Of a stretch of DNA of 64,000 nucleotides, positions 40,982 through 50,521 are shown piece by piece. Both the position numbers and the translations under genes were made by a program. Under the pieces are notes generated by a model. It worked only from the letters and a program-made list of their open reading frames with translations. It searched no databases and was not told the DNA's origin. Position 1 is the first letter of the stretch. Each line of letters starts with the position of its first letter. Origin of the DNA: Candidatus Poribacteria bacterium (GTDB lineage: Bacteria > Poribacteria > WGA-4E > WGA-3G); NCBI GenBank assembly GCA_965215265.1, contig OZ244048.1, forward strand, positions 4,672,001 through 4,736,000. The letters run 5' to 3'.

Positions 40982-41072
40982 AATCCTTTTTCGGTATAGG
41001 GAGACGATAAAGTGGTACGCTCTCATGAACACGGAGCCTTTTTAGCCTTTTTTTATATAAAGGAGGAAACGC

Positions 41073-41921
41073 ATGAAACTTACTTTCTTTAATGATTACC
41101 AACTCGGCGTAATAAAAGAAAACCACGTTGTTGACATTGCCGAGGCACTCAGCGAAATTTCCTATCACACACCGCAAGAACTGATTAAAACGGTAATTGA
41201 AAAATTTGATGAGCTGCATCCAGCAATCGTTGATGCTGCCGAAAATGGTAACGCAATTGCACTTGACGATGTCTTGCTGAGATCTCCGCTGCCGCGTCCC
41301 GGGCAGCTCGTCTGTTTGGCAGGTAATTACATTGAGCCGGACAGTCCATCACGTGGTGACTTCAACGCCTTTCTCAAATCGCCAACCGGTATCATTGCTA
41401 CAAAGGAAACGGTTGAATTGCCGGAGGCAGATGTCACCGTTTTCCACTTCGAGCCGGAATTAGCGATTGTGATTGGTAAAACGGCGAAAAATTTATCTGA
41501 ATCGGATGCGCTGGACTGTGTGTTCGGTTACACGCAATTTATTGATGTCTCTGCGCGCGGCCTGCCCGGTGGCTTCTTTTTAGGCAAAAGTTGGCATACC
41601 TTTGCCCCAATGGGGCCGGCTGTCGTCACCGCAGACGAAGTGGCTGATGGCAACGCGCTCGGGGTAAAACTCTGGATTAACGATAATTTGCAACACGATT
41701 TTTCAACGAATTCCATGGCACGTTTCATTCCGGAATTGCTAGTAGAAGTAACCAACGTCCTCACGCTGGAACCGGGCGATGTTGTGTCTACTGGTACACA
41801 CCATGAAGCACTTACCGCTATCAAAGATGGCGATACGGTAACTTTGTCCATAAACGGTTTCGGGCCGGAACTGACAGTTGCCGTACGCGATCCGCTGAAA
41901 CGAACAACCTGGCGCGGTTAG
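41073..41921 (+). CDS. Fumarylacetoacetate hydrolase family protein
   Basis: FLKSP, EPELAIVIGK, DVSAR, KSWHTFAPMGP, GDVVSTGT. Confidence 0.9.
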   Translation: MKLTFFNDYQLGVIKENHVVDIAEALSEISYHTPQELIKTVIEKFDELHPAIVDAAENGNAIALDDVLLRSPLPRPGQLVCLAGNYIEPDSPSRGDFNAFLKSPTGIIATKETVELPEADVTVFHFEPELAIVIGKTAKNLSESDALDCVFGYTQFIDVSARGLPGGFFLGKSWHTFAPMGPAVVTADEVADGNALGVKLWINDNLQHDFSTNSMARFIPELLVEVTNVLTLEPGDVVSTGTHHEALTAIKDGDTVTLSINGFGPELTVAVRDPLKRTTWRG

Positions 41922-41928
41922 AAAAACG

Positions 41929-41958
41929 TTGACAATCATATCCGTTTGCGTGTATAAT
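41929..41958 (+). promoter_or_regulatory. Consensus sigma70 promoter of IPT/LysM lipoprotein gene
   Basis: TTGACA-18 bp-TATAAT, both hexamers perfect. Confidence 0.75.
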
Positions 41959-42090
41959 AATTGAAAAATCTCAGACGTTTTTAGGTATCAATATGGGTAC
42001 TACACATCTGATGCCCTTGAGAGAACGAATCATTTTCTTTTAAAATTGGATAAGAACAAGCCTATTCCTGACGATAAGGAGAATTAATTA

Positions 42091-43017
42091 ATGAAGAACC
42101 CCAAAAGTATAGCTAGCTTTGCTGTCCTCACAATTGTTTGTGCGTGGATGGTAGGATGCGGCGGCTGTAATCCTGAACCCATCCCCAGCGGGATAACTCC
42201 GACTGAAGGTCCCGAGACCGGTGGGACGACTGTGCGAATTACCGGCGAGAAATTTGATATGAAAAATGGCGTTACCGTGACATTTGGCGGGCAAAATGCA
42301 CAAAGCGTGACAGTGCCGAGCAAAATGGAAATTACTGCTGTAACCCCCTCTGGCATGGCAGGACAATCCGTCCCGGTCGTCGTCACAAACAAAGGGAAAC
42401 CTGAAGTACCTGTCACACTGTCACAACAGTTTACTTACACAGATGCAACACCACCAACTGTCACAATGACAGAACCTACTGATGGCACAGTATTCTCTGA
42501 TTATCAGAACTCATTGGATGTCCGGAATAGTTTAAGTGTTACCTTCAGCGAACCTGTTGACAGCGCTAGCATCTCAATTAACGTCGATGTTGCGAAAACT
42601 GAGGATTCAATGAGCGAACCGATGAACGCGACGCTGCAAGGGACAGTCAGTGGAAGTGGAGATACTGTGACTTTCACCTCGGATATGCCGATGCGGGCAG
42701 GACGGATGTATACCGTCACCGTTTCTGGAGCTACCGATATGGCTGGCAATTCTCTTGCAGCAGCTCATACATTCAGCTTTAGCGTGACGAGCCCCGAAAC
42801 TGTCTCTAAATATTACGTGCAAGAAGAGGATATTCAGGAACAGAATGGTGAAGCTGCACTCAAACGTATCGCAGCCCGCCCTGAGATATTCGACAATCCG
42901 GATATGTGGGAACGGTTGGTTGCTGCCAATCAAGATTATTATATCTTTAATCGGACAAAACTGAACGTCGGGCAATTACTATTGATTCCACGGGGACGCG
43001 TTTGGGGCGATAAGTAA
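42091..43017 (+). CDS. Lipoprotein with IPT/TIG, Ig-like (Big_5) and C-terminal LysM-like domains
   Basis: Lipobox MVGC; ITPTEGPETGGTTVRITG; VTFSEPVD..TDMAGN; YYVQ..LKRIA...WERLVAAN...GQLLLIP. Confidence 0.8.
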   Translation: MKNPKSIASFAVLTIVCAWMVGCGGCNPEPIPSGITPTEGPETGGTTVRITGEKFDMKNGVTVTFGGQNAQSVTVPSKMEITAVTPSGMAGQSVPVVVTNKGKPEVPVTLSQQFTYTDATPPTVTMTEPTDGTVFSDYQNSLDVRNSLSVTFSEPVDSASISINVDVAKTEDSMSEPMNATLQGTVSGSGDTVTFTSDMPMRAGRMYTVTVSGATDMAGNSLAAAHTFSFSVTSPETVSKYYVQEEDIQEQNGEAALKRIAARPEIFDNPDMWERLVAANQDYYIFNRTKLNVGQLLLIPRGRVWGDK

Positions 43018-43036
43018 CCAAATTCATAGAAAACCT

Positions 43037-43073
43037 AAAAAAAGCCGTGTATCATCTGTTATACGGCTTTTTT
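43037..43073 (+). terminator. Rho-independent terminator
   Basis: AAAAAAGCCGTGTA...TATACGGCTTTTTT. Confidence 0.8.
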
Positions 43074-43096
43074 ATTTTACGAGAGACCCAAAAAAC

Positions 43097-44839
43097 ATGT
43101 TTGGCACACAAAGAGAACCCCATAAACGTCTTGATGAATACCGCGGCAATTTGGTAGGTATCAAACACCTCCACCGATTAACACCGAGGCGGCCCGTCCC
43201 AAATCAACCGTTTACGTTGCATGTAACAACGTCTGGTGGGCTCCCTTACGATACCGTCCGATGTTGGGTCCATTCAGGTGAACGGAGTTCAGAAACTGAA
43301 TTTGACTTGGCACCGTGTCAGTCTCCAATGTGGAATACTTTGGAATGGCGGTATGTTTGCGAGTGGCAAGGGGACATCCCACCCCATCCCAGCGGCACAA
43401 TCCTCCATTATCAGATTGGGGGGCGCGTCACTGGCTCAGATACCTGGGTCTTTGCGGATAATCAAGCCCGAACCCAATCCAATGCAACTGAATTCGCTCT
43501 CACAATAGACAATTACGAAACGCCAGAATGGGCGCGGACTGCAGTTATTTACCACATCTTTTTAGATAGATTTTATCCAGGGGATGGAGTGCCGTGGAAA
43601 AAACCGGCTAACCTCTCGGGGTTTTTCGGTGGGACATTGCGCGGCGCAATCCAAAAGTTAGACTACATTCAATCGCTTGGATGCAACACCTTGTGGCTCT
43701 CACCAGTCTTTAAAAGCCCGACACACCACGGGTATGATGCAACAGATTACTATACAGTTGAACAACGTCTCGGAACGAATGAAGAACTACAAGAATTGAT
43801 TGACGAGTCACATAGACGTGGACTGCGCGTTATTATGGATTTCGTCGCCAATCACTGTTCCAATCACCATCCGACCTTCCAAGAAGCCCAACGTGAAGCA
43901 GATAGCGAGTATCGTAACTGGTACACCTGGCATAGATGGCCGAACGAATATGCCAGTTTCTTTGGAGTGAAGGGGATGCCGCAATTCAACTTCAAACATA
44001 AACCTGCCTGCGATGAACTACTTGCGTGTGCCCAGCATTGGCTACGGCGAGGCATTGATGGATACCGGCTTGATTATGCCCCAGGCCCCCCACACGCTTT
44101 TTGGGCAGCATTCCGAAACACCTGCAAAGCCGTGAACCCTGACGTTTTTCTGTTCGGTGAGGTCGTCCGCCATTCAGCAGGAATAGCCTCATATATCCCG
44201 CATTTTGATGGATGTCTTGATTTCATCCTCGCTGATACACTCAGGCGAACTTTCGCTCTTGAAACCTCGACACTCCGTGAATTCGAATCTTTTCTGACTG
44301 CACATGAAAACTACTTTCCGACTGACTTTTTGCTGCCTGCCTTTTTGGACAATCACGATATGACGCGTATTCTCTACTTAGCAGGAGAAGACAAGGCGAA
44401 GGTTAAATTGGCAGCCTTAGTCCTTTTTACACTCCCCGGCCCACCGGTCATTTATAACGGCACCGAAGGCGGACTCTCACAACAGAACCCTCTCGGCCGT
44501 TTCGAGGAAGCAAGACTCCCGACTCCATGGGGAGATGAACAAGATAAAGACTTGTTAGATTATTTTCGACGGTTGGGAACCTTACGTATGCAATTCCCGG
44601 GGCTCCTTTCTGAAAAACGGAGAACTGTGCATCTCAACATGAGTACCCGAACTTATGCTTACCTTCTAGGACATCAACTCATCGTACTGAACACCAGCCG
44701 CGTTCCTTGTACAATTAACCTGGCGATTTCAAAGTTTTCCCACGATGCGAAAGACCTGCTCAATGGACAGCCAGTGAAAGTGACAAAAGATGCAGTGCAA
44801 ATTTCACTCCAAGCACAGAGCGGTGCATTTATCTCTTAG
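43097..44839 (+). CDS. GH13 alpha-amylase / neopullulanase-cyclomaltodextrinase-like glycosidase
   Basis: HGYDATDY, DFVANH, DGYRLD, GEV, FLDNHD. Confidence 0.92.
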   Translation: MFGTQREPHKRLDEYRGNLVGIKHLHRLTPRRPVPNQPFTLHVTTSGGLPYDTVRCWVHSGERSSETEFDLAPCQSPMWNTLEWRYVCEWQGDIPPHPSGTILHYQIGGRVTGSDTWVFADNQARTQSNATEFALTIDNYETPEWARTAVIYHIFLDRFYPGDGVPWKKPANLSGFFGGTLRGAIQKLDYIQSLGCNTLWLSPVFKSPTHHGYDATDYYTVEQRLGTNEELQELIDESHRRGLRVIMDFVANHCSNHHPTFQEAQREADSEYRNWYTWHRWPNEYASFFGVKGMPQFNFKHKPACDELLACAQHWLRRGIDGYRLDYAPGPPHAFWAAFRNTCKAVNPDVFLFGEVVRHSAGIASYIPHFDGCLDFILADTLRRTFALETSTLREFESFLTAHENYFPTDFLLPAFLDNHDMTRILYLAGEDKAKVKLAALVLFTLPGPPVIYNGTEGGLSQQNPLGRFEEARLPTPWGDEQDKDLLDYFRRLGTLRMQFPGLLSEKRRTVHLNMSTRTYAYLLGHQLIVLNTSRVPCTINLAISKFSHDAKDLLNGQPVKVTKDAVQISLQAQSGAFIS

Positions 44840-44866
44840 CAGACAGAAGATTACAATATAGACGCG

Positions 44867-44909
44867 AGAAGGGCTGCATAACGACAGAATGTTGTTATGC
44901 AGCCCTTCT
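44867..44909. terminator. Bidirectional terminator hairpin
   Basis: AGAAGGGCTGCATAACGACA...TGTTGTTATGCAGCCCTTCT between convergent genes. Confidence 0.8.
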
Positions 44910-44964
44910 GATTAATCGTAAGCTTTATGCGAACGATCGTTGGAAATGTTTATTGGCCATCAGC

Positions 44965-45354
44965 CTATTCAACGACAGCGTTGTCAGTGGTTGCTGTGTC
45001 AGCGGCGGCTGTGTCAGCGGCGGCTGTGTCAGCGGCGGCTGTGTCAGCGGCGGCTGTGTCAGCGGCGGCTGTGTCAGCGGCGGCTGTGTCAGCGGCGGCT
45101 GTGTCAGCGGCGGCTGTATCAGCGGCGGCTGTGTCAGCAGTTGTTGTGTCAGCGGTTGCTGTGTCAGCAGTTGCTGTGTCAGCAGTTGCTGTGTCGACAG
45201 TTGCTGTGTCGGCGGTTGCTGTGTCAGCAGCTTCAGCCATAGCATCTTCAGCAGGCGTAACAGGTTCCAATACCTTCTGCGCGCGTTCGCAGGACACGAA
45301 AGAAACCACACATCCGATCAAAATTGCAATTAGGACAATTCGTAGTGTTAACAT
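44965..45354 (-). CDS. Small lipoprotein with Asp-Thr-Ala pentapeptide repeats
   Basis: AGGAG RBS, hydrophobic signal ending FVSC, 16 DTxxx units. Confidence 0.75.
   Translation of the reverse strand: MLTLRIVLIAILIGCVVSFVSCERAQKVLEPVTPAEDAMAEAADTATADTATVDTATADTATADTATADTTTADTAAADTAAADTAAADTAAADTAAADTAAADTAAADTAAADTAAADTATTDNAVVE
44986..45225. repeat. 15-bp VNTR, 16 units (e.g. GTCAGCGGCGGCTGT)
   Basis: Directly visible tandem array. Confidence 0.95.
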
Positions 45355-45922
45355 AACGACTCATACTCCTTCTTATTAATGAGCAGTTTACTTGAAAACT
45401 TTGGTGTTGTTAATAGATCCTTGAGATTCTGGGCACTTCTCCGTTCGTCTCTCGGATTAACCTTACTTTACACTTTACTAATACGATGAAGAAACCGTCA
45501 AATATAACATCTTTCTCCAAACGGACTTATTAATATGATAATATAATTTGTATTAAATGTCAAATTTTTCGCATATATTCCACGTCAGAGCAAATATACT
45601 TGATAGTCCATAGTGACAAAATTTATTTTTCGCCAATTTAAAACTCATCAATTACCATCAATAGGCTCGCTAAGCTCTTTATCAAGATTCGTCCACTGTC
45701 CGTAGCGGATTCACTAAGTTTCGAACTGAACCTATCATCCAACGGTAAAGTAGACTTTCGTGTTTATGTATTGACAACTTCATCATACACGTCTGTGTAT
45801 TTCACGACTTCATAATAAATGATACTACACTTTATTTAAATTGTCAACAAAAAATCGTAGGCGGCATCTTCAAGCAAACCAATATCTTATACACTTTGCA
45901 GTCAAATGTGGCTGTCCAAAAA

Positions 45923-47524
45923 TCATTTTTGATTGATTTTTAGAATTTCCGAATGAATTTTTAAGATATGTGGATGCTCTGGAGCTTGCATAAAAGCGGC
46001 TTCAATTTCTCGCTGTGCATCAGAGACGCGAGCAAGACGATAATAGACGAAGGCGAGCGTCGCCCGGTGTGCTGGATGTCCATCCTGTTTGACAGCCGCC
46101 TCGGCAAGTCTAAGCGCCTCCCCAAGGTTCCTGCCGGCATCTGCTAGTAAAAACGCAAGCGCATGTTTCGGAAATGGAATCTCTGGAGCAAGTTCAATTG
46201 CACGGCGGAAATCCTTTTCTGCTGCTGCGGCATCCCCCTGTTTCTGGCGGATTTGTCCACGCCACCAATACCCCGGTGCCCATGTCGGTTCGTGTTGAAT
46301 GCCCCATGTAAACGCATCCGCCGCACCATCCAGTTCACCTACGAATTCACGGAGTTGTGCAAGCCGAACGTAAGTCTCCATGAAGTCTGGTTCATGCTGT
46401 AGAAGTGTGAGGAAGTGCCGCTCTGCCTTACGGTTGTTCCCTAATTTTGCCTCTATGATGCCGAGATGCAGCAGTGCTTGCCGCGAGCTAGATTCTATAG
46501 CCAGGACGTGTTGATATGTCTGCTTCGCAGCTATCAATTTCCCTAATTGCATTTGAATGTAAGCGTAATCCTTCAAAGCAGGTGTAAACATTTCATCTGC
46601 GTCAATAGCTTTTTGAAGTAGGCGTAAGGCTTGCCGCGTCTGCTCTCGTGTGCTGATTTCAGTCGTGTCTTCCGAGGTTTTAAGCAGTTGATGCGCTTGT
46701 CGGAGATAGCTTTTTGCAAGCGTTCGACGGTATCGCGTGTGCGCTGCTTCGGCACCGGTAGTGTCACCAAGTTCGGAGAGGACATCCGCGAGTGCTTTAT
46801 GGAGTGCCGGTGTAGACGGTGCGTGTTGAATAGCGCGTTGATAAAAACTGCGTGCAGCTGCTAGTTGCCCACGTTTGACGGCTATCTTACCGCGCCCGAA
46901 GGCAGCACTGGCAAGCGTGCTCTCTTGCGCGAGTGCCTCTCGAAAAACGGCATCAGATTCGTCAAGGCGGTTCAGTTTGAGGAGGACGTGCCCAAGGTTA
47001 TTATAAGCTGCAGTTGCATCCGGATACAACTGCACCGCGACGAGATAGTATCTGCGGGCACGCTCAAAATTATTACGCTCCGTTTCAATCTGTCCTAAGG
47101 CAATGTACCATTGTACCGGTGCCCGTTCTGCTGCGGTTTTGATAGCTTTTTGGAAGCATGTATCTGCTTTGTCAAGTTGCTTATTGCGATGGTAGGCCGC
47201 CCCCAATTTCGCTTGCAAGGTAGGCTCATAAGTAGAACGTTCGGCTTGTGGCGTGCCTGGTAGCAAGTTTAATGCACGTTGAAAAGCGGTAATCGCACGC
47301 GGATAATTCCGTAGTTTCACGGCAGCGTCACCTATACGAACATGTGCAAGCAGCATCTCTGGGTTCTCTTTAGCGACGGATTCGTACAATTGGAGCGCCT
47401 CGTTCCACTTTTCTGCTTGGAAGGCACGGTGGGCAGCTGCTAATTGCTCCTGCAAGACATCCCCGGATGCTGAGAAGAGGACTCCGAGAAAAAAAAGAAA
47501 ACATGCAGCTCTTAGGTTTAACAC
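45923..47524 (-). CDS. Secreted tetratricopeptide-repeat protein
   Basis: Signal peptide; repeated TPR consensus (AYNNLG..L, A...Y..A...P). Confidence 0.88.
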   Translation of the reverse strand: MLNLRAACFLFFLGVLFSASGDVLQEQLAAAHRAFQAEKWNEALQLYESVAKENPEMLLAHVRIGDAAVKLRNYPRAITAFQRALNLLPGTPQAERSTYEPTLQAKLGAAYHRNKQLDKADTCFQKAIKTAAERAPVQWYIALGQIETERNNFERARRYYLVAVQLYPDATAAYNNLGHVLLKLNRLDESDAVFREALAQESTLASAAFGRGKIAVKRGQLAAARSFYQRAIQHAPSTPALHKALADVLSELGDTTGAEAAHTRYRRTLAKSYLRQAHQLLKTSEDTTEISTREQTRQALRLLQKAIDADEMFTPALKDYAYIQMQLGKLIAAKQTYQHVLAIESSSRQALLHLGIIEAKLGNNRKAERHFLTLLQHEPDFMETYVRLAQLREFVGELDGAADAFTWGIQHEPTWAPGYWWRGQIRQKQGDAAAAEKDFRRAIELAPEIPFPKHALAFLLADAGRNLGEALRLAEAAVKQDGHPAHRATLAFVYYRLARVSDAQREIEAAFMQAPEHPHILKIHSEILKINQK

Positions 47525-47560
47525 TGTAATTTCCTTACGAATTCAGACGTTCTACACGCT

Positions 47561-48328
47561 TTAAAACTTGTTTACCGTTGTCTTCTCTATTGACGGATTT
47601 AAGCGCAGCTCAGCGAACTCAGGGTCTAAAATGTACCAATCCCCGCCGGCTTTTTGTTGAGCGAGCCAGGCATCAAACTCCGATTTTGCTATCTGTTGGC
47701 GGAACCGGCCGCTAAGTTCTTCACTAACCTCTGCGTACGTTTTTTGACGACCGGCGGCACCCTTAAATTCAGAACGGTGTTCTTCAAAGTATTCCCGGGC
47801 TGACTTTGAGCTCTCTTCAGGCGTAACACGGTTGTGGAATTTGCGACGAAAGAAATCCTCATAAATTAGCGACGCGTGTATCCATTCCTTGACTATTTCA
47901 ATTTCTAATCCATGCTGCTGTAAAGCGCGGTGAAATTCGATTTCTGTCGAATATTTTGAGATGAGCTCGCCCATCCGTGCTGCAAGTTGTGGGGCATCAT
48001 CAGGCAGGGTAATGCCGAATGCCTCCGCCTCCAGCAATACAAATTTACGGGCGATAATCGCATCCAAAATCCCCTGTTTTTCTATTTTTTTATCCAACGT
48101 AGCAGGAAGAACCTCTTCTCCTCTCTCTGCAGGTTCTACAATAGTTGGCTCCCGCGAATTTAAAAGGGGAAACGGGCCGTCAATAAGTACCTTGATGCGG
48201 AGTTCATTTTCTAATTCACTTCGGGTAATAGCGTGCCCTTTGACATCAGCAATCACTGAATCAATTAAAGTTTGGGAGACTGCTGTTCCGAGAGAGAGCA
48301 AAATCAAAAAAGCAATAACGTATTTCAT
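47561..48328 (-). CDS. SurA N-terminal domain-like periplasmic chaperone
   Basis: Signal peptide; IDSVIADVKGHAITRSEL; helical SurA_N pattern, no clear PPIase domain. Confidence 0.6.
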   Translation of the reverse strand: MKYVIAFLILLSLGTAVSQTLIDSVIADVKGHAITRSELENELRIKVLIDGPFPLLNSREPTIVEPAERGEEVLPATLDKKIEKQGILDAIIARKFVLLEAEAFGITLPDDAPQLAARMGELISKYSTEIEFHRALQQHGLEIEIVKEWIHASLIYEDFFRRKFHNRVTPEESSKSAREYFEEHRSEFKGAAGRQKTYAEVSEELSGRFRQQIAKSEFDAWLAQQKAGGDWYILDPEFAELRLNPSIEKTTVNKF

Positions 48329-48385
48329 ATTTATCCTGAAGTTTAGATTAAGAAAAATACGGATGCCTTGCCTCTGATGCTAAAT

Positions 48386-49555
48386 CTACCGTGGGTTCCG
48401 TGGGGTGAGCCACTCTTCTTCAATTTTCAGACCCAGCCCGGGACCGTTATTTGGTGCGATATAACTCTCTTTGGGCACGGATTCTCCATCAAACCTTTTC
48501 GTCTCTTCCAAAGGCACGCCCGGGGGAGTAGCGAGATAGTATTCAACCCACGGCGTATTCGGCATAGCGGCAGAGAGATGCAACCCGGATTGCCGGACCC
48601 CACCCCCATGAAAGATGACCGTGAGTCCTGCAGCATCTGCTAGGTGGCAGATTTTGACGCATTCGGTGATGCCACCAACCCAAAATGTATCCGGCTGAAG
48701 GATATCCAAACACCGTTTTTCGATAATTTGCTGGAATGGGAATCGGGTGTAGTGATGCTCACCGCTGGCTAAGCTAACCCAATCCACAGCTTCCCTCACT
48801 TTCACCAGTCCATCAACATCTTCAGGGATAAGGAATTCCTCGATCCATTTGAGGCGGTAGGGACGCAGCCTTTGTGCTAAACGAATGGTGTAATCCACAT
48901 CAAACGCCATATAGCAATCTAGCATGATTTCCACATCGTCGCCGACTGTTTCTCTCGTTTTCGCGACAAGTTTTTCGTTCTCTTTTAAACCCCATGCGCC
49001 ATCTACGGGTCCGTAAGGACATGCCAATTTAACTGCTTTGAAGCCGAGTTCCAATTGCCAATCTGTATCGTTACCCGTTGCATAAGCAAATAGCTTGTCC
49101 CGCACCGGCCCTCCGAGCAGTTCATAAACAGGCTGATTTTTGATTCTCCCATTCAGATCCCACAAAGCGATATCAATTCCGCTCATGGCACAACTTGTCA
49201 ACCCTTGTGAACCGTAAGGTTTAGACATACGAAACATCATGTCCCAAATTTTTTCGACAGCGAAGCAGTTTTCGCCTATCAGCATGGGACCGAAATGTTC
49301 GTCAATAATGGCGGAGACCGGTGTACCGAAGGCTGTCTCACCTATGCCCCAGGTGCCGTCTTCTGCTGTAACCTTCACGTACACTGTATCCCATTTCGGC
49401 ATCCAGCTAGCGCGATGCCTTTTGTATTTCGGGTATCTTGACATCGGGTTAGCGACTTCGGCGTGGACGTTCCACGGCTCGCGCCGAGGCGGTGTGTGCT
49501 GTATGTCGCGAGTCGGAACGTTAATTCGGACTGTCTGTATGTCTCTAATTTTCAT
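48386..49555 (-). CDS. rhmD: L-rhamnonate dehydratase family (enolase superfamily)
   Basis: VANPMSRYP, YELLGGPVR, KLACPYGP, MLDCYMA, WIEEFL, SGEHHYT. Confidence 0.8.
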   Translation of the reverse strand: MKIRDIQTVRINVPTRDIQHTPPRREPWNVHAEVANPMSRYPKYKRHRASWMPKWDTVYVKVTAEDGTWGIGETAFGTPVSAIIDEHFGPMLIGENCFAVEKIWDMMFRMSKPYGSQGLTSCAMSGIDIALWDLNGRIKNQPVYELLGGPVRDKLFAYATGNDTDWQLELGFKAVKLACPYGPVDGAWGLKENEKLVAKTRETVGDDVEIMLDCYMAFDVDYTIRLAQRLRPYRLKWIEEFLIPEDVDGLVKVREAVDWVSLASGEHHYTRFPFQQIIEKRCLDILQPDTFWVGGITECVKICHLADAAGLTVIFHGGGVRQSGLHLSAAMPNTPWVEYYLATPPGVPLEETKRFDGESVPKESYIAPNNGPGLGLKIEEEWLTPRNPR

Positions 49556-49768
49556 TGCCTACTCTCCGATGGTGTGTCTCTGTTATTACGTCAAACTTAT
49601 AGTTCGCCTTTGAATATGAGCTACGATTTCCCTTCTGCGAAAATCGGTACCTGGAGTAACTTCTTCAGTTATTCTTCAGTTTCCATCTCAAGCCATCCTA
49701 AATTCAGACCCGGACGCAGAGCTTCGGGGCAAAGCATTATCGGAATGTCTATACTTAGATTGAGTGAA

Positions 49769-50491
49769 TTATTCTACCAATTCTATTAACCCACACCCGA
49801 TTTTCGCGCCGCCTCCCGGCTGCTTATCCGGCATCTCCATGCCTTGTGCAGATAAAGGCATCTCATCATGTGAGTGCGGCGGTGTCCCCGCATCGTGATG
49901 ATGATGTTCGGTTGCCCCCATTTCCACCATGGATGTATTATCTGGCAGGTGTTGCCCATGGGGCATAGTTTCAAAGGTATCACCCGCTTCGTGGACAAGA
50001 ATCAATTTGCCGAGAATATCGGTATCCGGACTGCCTCCAAGGGACCAGAGCGGCGTTGTGAATTCCAATCTACCAGTACCAGTTTCACCTACCAGAACAT
50101 TTCCTATTTCTCCCCGGCCGATAGGAGGGTTGGCTTGTGTAGCCTCTGCAACAGGGACACCGACTGTCCCGGCTGGAATACCCACAGGATGCCAATGCAA
50201 TCCTACATCGAGGCAACTTGTACCTGTATGAAGATGCATCGCGTGCAAGCCCGGACTGGCATTCTGAACCTCAATCACCGCATGAATTGCTCCCTCCATT
50301 TCCATAAAGGTTGCTGTTCCGGTGATACTGTTTTCATCTAAACCAGAGATAGTGGCGACAGCTGTTTTGACTGAGACACCGTCCATAGGTAAGGTCGTTT
50401 GAATCATTTCACAACCATAGGTAAAGGTTGTTCCAATCAGTAGAAGCATGAAAGCCCAATATGTTTGATATTTTTTTCCTTTTGCTAACAT
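49769..50491 (-). CDS. Cu/Zn superoxide dismutase family lipoprotein with His/Met-rich insertion
   Basis: Lipobox TYGC; HAMHLH, LHWHP, GEIGN, LVHE.GD, GGGAKIGCG. Confidence 0.8.
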   Translation of the reverse strand: MLAKGKKYQTYWAFMLLLIGTTFTYGCEMIQTTLPMDGVSVKTAVATISGLDENSITGTATFMEMEGAIHAVIEVQNASPGLHAMHLHTGTSCLDVGLHWHPVGIPAGTVGVPVAEATQANPPIGRGEIGNVLVGETGTGRLEFTTPLWSLGGSPDTDILGKLILVHEAGDTFETMPHGQHLPDNTSMVEMGATEHHHHDAGTPPHSHDEMPLSAQGMEMPDKQPGGGAKIGCGLIELVE

Positions 50492-50521
50492 TTTTTAGAA
50501 ACTCCTTTTAAAATTTTGTCT

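Noticed and set aside
40247-41032. 261-aa minus-strand ORF and other long antisense ORFs (e.g. 13673-14326, 37457-38023)
   Set aside because: Shadows of well-supported genes on the opposite strand, with no motifs
44925-45379. Cys-rich (CVSGG)n, (LCQRR)n, (LTQPP)n and (VSAAA)n ORFs resembling RiPP precursors or metallothioneins
   Set aside because: Alternative frames of the 15-bp VNTR; only 44965-45354 has an RBS and signal peptide, and no modification enzymes are nearby
45400-45470. GAATCTCA(A)GG motif shared by the 5' regions of the DTAAA lipoprotein and LamG genes, faintly glycine-riboswitch-like
   Set aside because: Other conserved aptamer elements are missing and the gene context does not fit
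49570-49765. Possible decayed ORF between SOD and rhmD
   Set aside because: Multiple stops and no recognisable family motif
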